DNA from: an uncultured delta proteobacterium
Lineage (GTDB): Bacteria; Desulfobacterota; Binatia; Binatales; Binataceae
Reading direction: 5' to 3'
Assembly: GCA_963794325.1 (NCBI GenBank)
Contig: CAWCDG010000004.1
Coordinates: forward strand, 160,001 to 224,000
Length of the DNA: 64,000 bases
Part shown: one piece after another, positions 56,367 through 64,000 of the stretch
How positions within the stretch are numbered: position 1 is the first letter of the stretch
Layout of the letters: every line of letters begins with the position of its first letter
Position numbers and translations under genes: made by a program
The notes under the pieces: model-generated
Told to the model about the DNA's origin: nothing
Databases searched by the model: none
Seen by the model: the letters and a program-made list of their open reading frames with translations, nothing else

Positions 56367-57758
56367 ATGGCGCTGTGGAAACCTGATCAAACCTTTTACC
56401 CGTCGGCGCGGATGGCGATGCAGGCGCCGCGCGAGCAGCTCGGCTACGTCGTCGCGTTCAATCCGACGCCGGCGAACAACAAGCATGACGCGCTGTGCGT
56501 GATCGACCTCGATCCGAAATCGACGACCTACTCGCAGGTCGTCGGCCGCGCCGCAGTGCCGAATGCCGGCGACGAGCTGCATCACTTTGGATGGAACGCG
56601 TGCAGCGCCGCGCTGTGCCCCTACGCGCCGCATCCCCATGTCGAGCGGCGCTATCTGCTGGTGCCGGGATTGCGATCGTCGCGGATCTATATTTTCGACA
56701 CGAAACCCGACCCGAGGAATCCGAAGCTGGTGAAGACGATCGAGGCCGACGAAATAGCGTCGCGCACGGGATACAGCCGGCCGCATACGATTCATTGCGG
56801 GCCCGATGCGATTTACGTCAGCGCGCTTGGCGATCCAAAGGGTGATGGGCCGGGCGGAATCTTCCTGCTCGATCATGAAAGCTTCGACGTGCTGGGGCGA
56901 TGGGAAGTCGATCGCGGGCCGCAGAAGCTTGCGTACGATTTCTGGTGGCATCTCGGCTGGGACGTGGCGATTACCAGCGAATGGGGCACGCCGAACATGA
57001 TCGAAAACGGCGTGGTGCCCGAGTTGCTGCTGGGAAATAAATACGGACACGCGATTCACATCTGGAATCTGCGCAACCGGCGCCATCTGAAGTCACTCGA
57101 CCTGGGCGCCGAGAATCAAATGGCGCTCGAGCTGCGTCCGTCGCACGACCCGACCAAGACGTTTGGTTTCGTCGGCGTCGTGATCTCGACCAAGGATTTG
57201 TCGGCGTCGATCTGGCTGTGGCATCGCGATGGCGGCGACTGGAAAGTTCGCAAGGTGATCGAAATTCCCGCCGAGCCCGCCGACGAAAGCCTGCTGCCGC
57301 CGGCGCTTAAGCCGTTCAAGGCAGTGCCGCCGTTGATTACCGACATCAACCTGAGTCTCGACGATAAATTTCTATACGTCGCGTGCTTCGGCACCGGCGA
57401 CCTGAAGCAATACGATGTGAGCGATCCGTTCAAACCGAAGGAGACGGGCAGCGTGCGGCTGGGCGGGATCGTGTCGCACGGGAAGCATCCGAAGAGCGGG
57501 CCGCTCAACGGCGGGTCGCAGATGATCGAGCTGAGCCGCGACGGGCGGCGCGCGTACATGTCGAACTCGCTGTACGGCGCGTGGGATGCGCAATTCTATC
57601 CCGAGGGCATCCGCGGCTGGATCGCGAAGATCGATTGTGCGCCGGCGGGCGGGATGACGATCGATCCTGATTTCTTCACGACCTTCGACGGCGAACGGCC
57701 GCATCAGATTCGCCTCGAAGGCGGCGACTCGTCGTCCGATTCGTTCTGCTATCCGTGA
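56367..57758 (+). CDS. Selenium-binding protein SBP56 / methanethiol oxidase family
   Basis: GDELHHFGWNACS, RPHTIHC, YDFWWH, SEWG, SLDDKFLY, NSLYGAWDAQFYP, GGDSSSD. Confidence 0.92.
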   Translation: MALWKPDQTFYPSARMAMQAPREQLGYVVAFNPTPANNKHDALCVIDLDPKSTTYSQVVGRAAVPNAGDELHHFGWNACSAALCPYAPHPHVERRYLLVPGLRSSRIYIFDTKPDPRNPKLVKTIEADEIASRTGYSRPHTIHCGPDAIYVSALGDPKGDGPGGIFLLDHESFDVLGRWEVDRGPQKLAYDFWWHLGWDVAITSEWGTPNMIENGVVPELLLGNKYGHAIHIWNLRNRRHLKSLDLGAENQMALELRPSHDPTKTFGFVGVVISTKDLSASIWLWHRDGGDWKVRKVIEIPAEPADESLLPPALKPFKAVPPLITDINLSLDDKFLYVACFGTGDLKQYDVSDPFKPKETGSVRLGGIVSHGKHPKSGPLNGGSQMIELSRDGRRAYMSNSLYGAWDAQFYPEGIRGWIAKIDCAPAGGMTIDPDFFTTFDGERPHQIRLEGGDSSSDSFCYP

Positions 57759-58390
57759 GCTCGGCGTGGCCGTGGATAGCGGTCGCGGCGCTCGGCGCAT
57801 ATCACGGAATCGATCCGTCGATGGGCTGGCTGTTCGCGGTCGCGCTCGGGCTCCAGGAGCGGCGGCGCTCGAAAGTGATTTGGGCGCTCGGTCCAATTGC
57901 TGTGGGACACCTGGTGTCGATTGCGGCGGTCGTCGCGATCATCGGCGGACTGCGCCTGTTCTTTGCGATCGATCTGCTTCGCCCGATCGGCGCCGCGGCG
58001 CTGATCCTGTTCGGGCTGTTCCGCTTCATCTGGCCGCGCGCGCATCCGCGATGGGTTGCGATGCGCGTGAATGCGCCCGAGCTGGCGCTGTGGTCCTTCC
58101 TGATGGCGTCGGCGCACGGCGCAGGCTTGATGCTGTTCCCGATACTGATCGGAATGACGCCGACTTCGCCGCATGCGCATCACATGGCCGCAACCCACGC
58201 GCACACCGTCGCGCAGGCGATAGCAGTAGTGCTGGTGCACACGGGCGCGATGATCGCAGTAACGGCGGCAATCGCGATTTTAGTCTATGAGTGGGTGGGC
58301 CTCGCGATCCTGCGCAGCGCGTGGATCAACCTCGACACAATCTGGGCCGGCGCGCTGGTAGCCGCGGGAGTCCTATCGCTGGCGATTTGA
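57755..58390 (+). CDS. Membrane protein with His motifs, translationally coupled to SBP56
   Basis: GTGA overlap; about 6 TM helices; YHGIDPSMGW, SAHGAG, HAHHMAATHAH. Confidence 0.8.
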   Translation: MSSAWPWIAVAALGAYHGIDPSMGWLFAVALGLQERRRSKVIWALGPIAVGHLVSIAAVVAIIGGLRLFFAIDLLRPIGAAALILFGLFRFIWPRAHPRWVAMRVNAPELALWSFLMASAHGAGLMLFPILIGMTPTSPHAHHMAATHAHTVAQAIAVVLVHTGAMIAVTAAIAILVYEWVGLAILRSAWINLDTIWAGALVAAGVLSLAI

Positions 58391-58443
58391 GGGCGCGCCA
58401 TGCCGCTTTTTTTGCGGGCGGCGGCGTGGCAGCATCGGGGGGT

Positions 58444-59124
58444 ATGAACGCGTTGCGGATTCTGCTGATCGAGGATGAGGCCCGGCTGGCTGATTCTATC
58501 AAGCAGGGACTGGTCGAGGACGGCTTTGCGGTCGAAATCGCCGGGAGTGCCGAGGCGGCGGAGCCGATAATCGCGCGCGGCGCGCTCGACTTGATCGTGC
58601 TCGACATCGGGCTGCCGGGGAAAAGCGGGCTCGACCTGCTGCGCGAGATGCGCGCGGCGGGCAATCAGACGCCGGTGTTGATTCTGACCGCGCGGGGGAC
58701 GCTCGAGGAGCGCGTCGCGGGTCTCGACAGCGGCAGCGACGATTACCTCGCCAAGCCGTTCGCGTTTGCCGAGCTGGTCGCGCGGATCAAGGCGCTGGCG
58801 CGGCGTCCGCGCACGCCGGCATCGCCGGTCATCAAAGTGGGTGACCTGGAATTCGACACCGTCAAGCGGCGCGCGAAAATCGGCGAGCACAATCTGAACC
58901 TGTCGCCAAAAGAAAAGATGCTGCTCGAGTTGCTGATGCGCAACGCCGGGCAAGTGGTGACGCGCGACATGATTGCGGAGACGGTCTGGGACTCGAACTA
59001 CAGCTCGCTGACCAACCTGATCGAAGTCTTCGTGAATCGGCTGCGGCAGAAGATCGATCCGCGCGCCGACCGATCGCTGATAGTCACCGTGCGCGGAGTC
59101 GGATACACGATGCGCGCGGAGTGA
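58444..59124 (+). CDS. OmpR-family response regulator (CusR/CzcR-like)
   Basis: LLIEDE, LDIGLP, LTAR, DDYLAKPF, VNRLRQKID, TVRGVGY. Confidence 0.93.
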   Translation: MNALRILLIEDEARLADSIKQGLVEDGFAVEIAGSAEAAEPIIARGALDLIVLDIGLPGKSGLDLLREMRAAGNQTPVLILTARGTLEERVAGLDSGSDDYLAKPFAFAELVARIKALARRPRTPASPVIKVGDLEFDTVKRRAKIGEHNLNLSPKEKMLLELLMRNAGQVVTRDMIAETVWDSNYSSLTNLIEVFVNRLRQKIDPRADRSLIVTVRGVGYTMRAE

Positions 59125-59146
59125 CCGCACCGCGCGATCGCCGCCC

Positions 59147-60523
59147 ATGACGATCAGACTCAGGCTAACGATTTACTGGGCCGCGGTGCTGGCGGCTATT
59201 CTGCTGGTCGCGGCGATCGCGGCGATAAAGCTGTTCGAGCGCCAGCAATACAGCGCGCTGGACGCGGCGCTGCTCGAGGAGGCCGAGAACACCGCCGATC
59301 AAATCGAGCGCGGCGGCACGGGGAGCGCGCCCGGAATCCTGCAGCGGCTGACCCTCGAAACCGATATCGGGCCAGGCCGGCGAGCGCGAATCGTCACGGC
59401 GCACGGCGAGGTCGGAAACTTCGGCGACGTACACACGACACCGCCGCCGTTCGATCCGAGCCTGCCCACCCATGCGGCAGTTGTCGGCAACCGCGAGTTC
59501 AGGTTCGCAGTAGTTCCTATGATGTACAACGGCGAGATCGCGTACCTGCAGAGCGGTGTACAGGCGGGCCTCGTCGAGGAATCGGCGAGCGGCCTGCGCA
59601 ACCTGCTGATCCTGATGGTGCCGATCGTGCTGATACTTTGCGTCGGCGGCGGATACTTGCTGGCGGGTCGCGCTTTGCGGCCGATTGAATCGGTGAGCGC
59701 GGAGCTCGAGGCAATCGGTCCGACGAATCTGAGCTCGCGGCTGACGGTCCCGCCGGTGGCCGATGAAGTCGCGCGGCTGACGGCGGAAATCAACTCGTTG
59801 CTCGAACGCCTCGAGCGTTCATCGGCGACCGAGCGCAGATTCGCGTCCGACGCGGCGCACGAACTGCGGACTCCGCTGGCGGTGCTGCGCACCGGGCTCG
59901 AAGTGGCGCTGGCGCGCGATCGCTCGGCCGAGGAGAATCGCGCGGCACTTGGCGCGGCGCATCGCGAGGCGCTGTCGCTGTGCAGGATTGCCGACGAGTT
60001 GCTGATGCTGTCGCGGCTCAATGGCGAGGTGATGGTCGATCGGCAGAAGCTGAATCTTCGGGCGCTGCTGAGCGAGATCGCGGCGACCGTCGGCCCGCTG
60101 GCGCATGCGCGGGAGATAAAGCTGACGGTGAATGCGCCCGAGGACGTGTTCGTCAACGGCAACACTGGGCATCTGCGGCGCCTGATCGTCAATCTGCTCG
60201 ACAACGCGCTGAAATTCACGCCGCCCGGAGGATCGATCGAGGTCGGCCTGAAAGCTGATGCGAATCGCGCGATACTGCGCGTCGCTGACACCGGTGAGGG
60301 AATCCATCCGGGGGAACTGCCGCATATTTTCGATCGATTTTTTCGCGGCGCGGGGTCGCCAGGCGAAGGCAGCGGACTGGGCCTGAGCCTATGCCGGGAA
60401 ATTGCGCGCGCTCACGGTGGCGAGATCGCAGCCGCGAATCTTCCGTCGGGCGGCAGCGCATTCGTCGTTACGCTTGCGCTCTACAAAGAGGATCCACACC
60501 GAGCGACTGTGCCACTCCGATAG
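59147..60523 (+). CDS. HAMP-domain sensor histidine kinase
   Basis: Two TM helices, AAHELRTPL, NLLDNALKF, DTGEGI, GSGLGL. Confidence 0.93.
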   Translation: MTIRLRLTIYWAAVLAAILLVAAIAAIKLFERQQYSALDAALLEEAENTADQIERGGTGSAPGILQRLTLETDIGPGRRARIVTAHGEVGNFGDVHTTPPPFDPSLPTHAAVVGNREFRFAVVPMMYNGEIAYLQSGVQAGLVEESASGLRNLLILMVPIVLILCVGGGYLLAGRALRPIESVSAELEAIGPTNLSSRLTVPPVADEVARLTAEINSLLERLERSSATERRFASDAAHELRTPLAVLRTGLEVALARDRSAEENRAALGAAHREALSLCRIADELLMLSRLNGEVMVDRQKLNLRALLSEIAATVGPLAHAREIKLTVNAPEDVFVNGNTGHLRRLIVNLLDNALKFTPPGGSIEVGLKADANRAILRVADTGEGIHPGELPHIFDRFFRGAGSPGEGSGLGLSLCREIARAHGGEIAAANLPSGGSAFVVTLALYKEDPHRATVPLR

Positions 60524-60560
60524 CTGCCTCGCCCCTAAAATCACCTTAACTTCCATTAAT

Positions 60561-60589
60561 TTGGCGAGTTGACGGGCCGCTGTTAGAAT
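60561..60589 (+). promoter_or_regulatory. Putative promoter for the efflux operon (leaderless)
   Basis: TTGGCG-N17-TAGAAT with extended -10 TG; ATG begins 8 nt after the -10 box. Confidence 0.5.
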
Positions 60590-60596
60590 TTTCAGC

Positions 60597-61853
60597 ATGG
60601 AGCCATCTCGCCGCCACCTATCTGCGGCCGTGCTTAGCGCGATCCTGTGCTGGACGCCGATAGCATCCGCCGCGAGCATTACTCTGTCCGACGCGATCGA
60701 TCGCGCGCTGCATGTCGCGCCTTCGGTGGACGTTGCCGCGGCGGCGAGCGATATGACCGTCGCTCACGTGCGCGAGCAGCGCGCTCCACTGTTTCCAACC
60801 GTCGCGGCAGGCGGGGAGTACTACCAGGCGCCGGGCTATGACGAGGTCGTCACGAACCGCGGTCTTTCGGCCGGGATGCTGACGCTGGACTACACGGCGT
60901 GGGATTGGGGACGGCGGCAGGCACGCTTGCGCGCGGCAGAATACGTGAACGAAGCGTCGCGGCTCGGAGTGGCCGCCGCTCGTGCACAAATTGTTTTCGA
61001 TACGACGATCGCCTACTTCGATCTGCTTCGCGCGCGCGGAACGCAGCACGCATTGCAGGACAGCCTCGAGCGCATGACGCGCTACGTAACTACTATCCAG
61101 GCGCTCGAAAAAAGCGGACGCATGATCACGAATGACGTACTGAAGTTCCGCACCGCGCGCGACAGCGCCGAGCTGGCGCTCGACGTGGCTCAGAGTAACA
61201 GCGAACGCGCGGCGGCAACCTTGGGCATTTTGATCGGCGAGCCGAATCAGCAGGACCTCGACATCGCGAGCATCCCGGGAATTCCGCCGAAACCGACGGG
61301 GGACCTCGCGCAGAGTCCGGTGATGCAAGCGGCGCAGCGCGCGATCGCGTCGGCCGACTCGCAAATCGTCGCGGCGAAGGCCGAGCGCCTGCCCACTTTT
61401 CAAGTTGCGTTCACGACCGGATTCGTCGGAATCGATCCGCCCAAGACCATCTCGCACAATTTCGGCGGATCGTACGACGGTGTCGTGTCACTGCCGGTGT
61501 TCGACGGCGGACTGATCGCATCACATATCGATCAGGCCAAAGCGAAACAGCATTCGGCCACCGCGCAGGCGCGCGAGACCGAATATATTCTGAAACGGCG
61601 GGTGGCGGACGCGGCGCTTCGGTACGACGAAGCTAATCGGCAGCTCGGCATCCTGTCGCGCGCGCAGCCGACCGCGGACGACAACTTCAGGCTGACGTGG
61701 TCGCGCTTCCTTGGCGGAGGATCCGCCACAATACTCGAAGTGCTGGACTCTTATCAGCAGGCCGAGCAGTTGCGGCTCCAGCACTTCGACCAGGAATTCA
61801 ACGCGCGCGAAGCGGTGGCGGAAACCAGCTTGCTGTTCGGCCGCATCCAGTGA
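60597..61853 (+). CDS. TolC-family outer membrane efflux protein
   Basis: Signal peptide, LSDAIDRAL, AYFDLL, SLPVFDGG, ILEVLDS. Confidence 0.88.
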   Translation: MEPSRRHLSAAVLSAILCWTPIASAASITLSDAIDRALHVAPSVDVAAAASDMTVAHVREQRAPLFPTVAAGGEYYQAPGYDEVVTNRGLSAGMLTLDYTAWDWGRRQARLRAAEYVNEASRLGVAAARAQIVFDTTIAYFDLLRARGTQHALQDSLERMTRYVTTIQALEKSGRMITNDVLKFRTARDSAELALDVAQSNSERAAATLGILIGEPNQQDLDIASIPGIPPKPTGDLAQSPVMQAAQRAIASADSQIVAAKAERLPTFQVAFTTGFVGIDPPKTISHNFGGSYDGVVSLPVFDGGLIASHIDQAKAKQHSATAQARETEYILKRRVADAALRYDEANRQLGILSRAQPTADDNFRLTWSRFLGGGSATILEVLDSYQQAEQLRLQHFDQEFNAREAVAETSLLFGRIQ

Positions 61854-62854
61854 AGAAACGCGCAAGTTCGAATATCCACGCCGCAATCTTTGCCGCAGCA
61901 ATGGCGACAGTGCTGCTGGCGGGATGCGGCGGCGGAAAACAAGCTGACGAGGAAGACTCGAAGCCGGCCAATCCGACGCTGCTGGTGAGTGCGGCCCGCG
62001 CCGAAGTGCATCCGATGACGGCTGAGCTTCGCCTGCTCGGCAAAACTGTGGCGATGCGTCACGTAATAATCCGCGCGCCCACTGCGGGACGGGTGATCGG
62101 AATCAAGCTGGCCGTGGGCGATTCGGTGCGCAAGGGCCAGATCGTCGCGCACGTCATCAATCGCGAAATTGAAGCGGCGGAAGCCGGCCTCGCCGTCGCG
62201 CGCAAGATCGATCCGCAGGACGCGCCGGCCCTCAGTGAATCCGTCGGACGCTACAATCACACTGGGGGAATACCGGTGCCTGCGCCGGAAGCGGGAGTCG
62301 TCTCGGCGCCGCCGGTCACCAGCGGCCAGATGGTCGCCGACCTCGACACGATTGTCGATCTGATCGATCCGGCGAGCCTCTATATCGATACCTCGGTGCC
62401 GGTAGCCAAGCTCTCGCTGGTGAAGGTCGGGATGATGGCGACCGTGACGACGCCATTTCGTCCGGGCGTCCAGTTTCCCGCGCGCATCGCGGCGATCCTC
62501 CCGAGCTTCGACGCGACCAGCGCGACCTCGTCGGTGCGGACGGACTTTACGGGCGCGGATCGAATCGCACAGGCTGACGCGCCGGTCGAGGTGCGGGTCG
62601 AGACGGCCAGCGTGCCCGACGCGATCGTAGTTCCGGCCGCCGCGTTGTTTCAGGATCAGGGCGTCGATAAGTATCACGTGTTTGTAATCGGGAGCGACGG
62701 CCGCGCGCATCGCAGAGACATCAAGGTAGGACTGCGCGATCACGATTTCGTGCAGGCGACCGACGGCATCAAGGTGGGCGACCTCGTCGTCACTTCGGGC
62801 GGCTATGCGCTGTCCGACGGCCTCGGCGTGCGGGTCGCGCAGAAGACTCAATGA
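61850..62854 (+). CDS. RND efflux membrane fusion protein (lipoprotein)
   Basis: LAGC lipobox, IRAPTAGRV, VGDSVRKGQ, IVVPAAA, GIKVGDLVVTSG. Confidence 0.88.
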   Translation: MKKRASSNIHAAIFAAAMATVLLAGCGGGKQADEEDSKPANPTLLVSAARAEVHPMTAELRLLGKTVAMRHVIIRAPTAGRVIGIKLAVGDSVRKGQIVAHVINREIEAAEAGLAVARKIDPQDAPALSESVGRYNHTGGIPVPAPEAGVVSAPPVTSGQMVADLDTIVDLIDPASLYIDTSVPVAKLSLVKVGMMATVTTPFRPGVQFPARIAAILPSFDATSATSSVRTDFTGADRIAQADAPVEVRVETASVPDAIVVPAAALFQDQGVDKYHVFVIGSDGRAHRRDIKVGLRDHDFVQATDGIKVGDLVVTSGGYALSDGLGVRVAQKTQ

Positions 62855-64000
62855 CGCGCAGCAGCTCAACGCTGGCGGTGCTGTCGGTATTGGCGGCAAG
62901 CGTGCTCGGGGTGATCCTGGCGCGGACGATTCCGAGCGCGGTATTTCCCGAAATTGTTTTTCGGCGCGCGACGATTCTCGCCGACAGCGGCGACTTGCCT
63001 GTCGAACAAATGCTCGCGTCGGTCACGCGGCCGCTCGAGGAGAGCGCGTACAGCGTCCCCGGCGTCTCGCTGGTGCGGTCGACGACGACCCGCGGCAGCG
63101 CCGAGATAGACGTTACGTTCGGCGAAGACGCCGATCCGCAGGTCGGTTTCCAGATGCTCAGCGCCTCGGTCGCGCACACCCGTGCGCAGTTGCCGAGCGA
63201 TACCTCGGTCGACGCGGTGCTGCTGACGACCGGCACGTTTCCGATTGTCGATCTCAGCCTGAGTTCAAAGACGCGCAGCTTGCCCGAGATTACCGACGTG
63301 GTGAATTACGATCTGGTGCCGAGCCTGCATCGAATCGACGGGACTTACCAGGTCGGCGTGATCGGCGGCAAGTATCGCGAGTTCGTGGTGCGGATCGATC
63401 CGGCGCGGATGCTGCAACATGACCTGTCGCCGACCGACGTGGTGACGGGGCTGAAGAATAATAACGTCGTCGCGTCCGCGGGCCGGATGAACGAATCGCA
63501 TCGCATGCTGTTGACGGTGGTGACGACCGACCTCCATCAAGCCGATCAGATTGCGTCGGTACCGCTGACCTCGGCGGGCGGTCAACCGGTGCGGGTCAGC
63601 GATATTGGATCGGTCGAGCTTGGTATCCGGGAAGATTACGTGCGGGCCGCGTCCGAGAATGGCGCCGCGGTGCTGGTGGGAATATCGCGACGGCCCAGCG
63701 GCAGCACGGAGAAAATCGCGGCCCAGGCGCAGCAAATTCTCGCGGACTTTCGGCAGCGCTATCCCGACATCAAGTTCTCGGTCTCTTACGATCAGTCCGA
63801 CCTGGTCGCCGATTCGGTCAAGAGCGTGCGCGACGCGATAGTGCTCGGCCTGGTGCTGTCGGTGCTGGTGGTGCTCGGGTTCACGATGAGCCCGCTCAGC
63901 GCGCTGGTCGCGGCGGTGGTGGTGCCGTGCACCGTCGCGATCACGTTCATCGTGATGAAGGCGGTCGGGCTGACATTCAACATGATGACTTTGGGCGGAC
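62851..64000 (+). CDS. RND efflux permease (AcrB/CusA family), 5' part
   Basis: Translated by hand from ATG at 62851: FPEI..., VTRPLEE, VRSTTTRG, YDQSDLV, GLTFNMMTLGG. Runs off the window; not in the ORF track. Confidence 0.88.
   Translation, partial: MTRSSSTLAVLSVLAASVLGVILARTIPSAVFPEIVFRRATILADSGDLPVEQMLASVTRPLEESAYSVPGVSLVRSTTTRGSAEIDVTFGEDADPQVGFQMLSASVAHTRAQLPSDTSVDAVLLTTGTFPIVDLSLSSKTRSLPEITDVVNYDLVPSLHRIDGTYQVGVIGGKYREFVVRIDPARMLQHDLSPTDVVTGLKNNNVVASAGRMNESHRMLLTVVTTDLHQADQIASVPLTSAGGQPVRVSDIGSVELGIREDYVRAASENGAAVLVGISRRPSGSTEKIAAQAQQILADFRQRYPDIKFSVSYDQSDLVADSVKSVRDAIVLGLVLSVLVVLGFTMSPLSALVAAVVVPCTVAITFIVMKAVGLTFNMMTLGG

Overview
GC-rich bacterial chromosome segment of about 60 genes. 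It looks Deltaproteobacteria-like, and the gene content suggests Candidatus Binatota (inference only). Left part: an envelope cluster on the minus strand (lolC/E, lolD, bamA, frameshifted skp, fabZ, lpxA, lpxI; no lpxD), a stand-alone T2SS secretin gspD, menA, a double-domain CoA-transferase, slt and maf-yggS-proC-yggT-yggU. Middle: a divergent pair of a 12-Cys secreted protein and a di-heme protein, an ADH-hydantoinase A/B operon, thiI, a sulfatase, a GST-like protein, BON and CYTH proteins, and a repeat-bracketed accessory patch with a class A beta-lactamase pseudogene. Right: CoA-transferase/thiolase/TlpA, a Phi-1/EXORDIUM-like protein on a Thr-rich stalk, bolA-grxD, an esterase, an L,D-transpeptidase with mepK, a crotonase, SBP56, a two-component system and an RND efflux operon. 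The strongest hidden signal is an AhpD/CMD-family selenoprotein (52795-53409) that the ORF track splits. It has an in-frame TGA in a C-H-Y-U motif and a SECIS-like hairpin 11 nt downstream, and it lies in a module bounded by identical 43-bp repeats. Other notable points are apparent ATA/ATC starts (lpxA, hydantoinase A), FG repeats in the secretin N3 loop, and at least four REP-like repeat families, some nested. No tRNA, rRNA, CRISPR array or transposase was seen.
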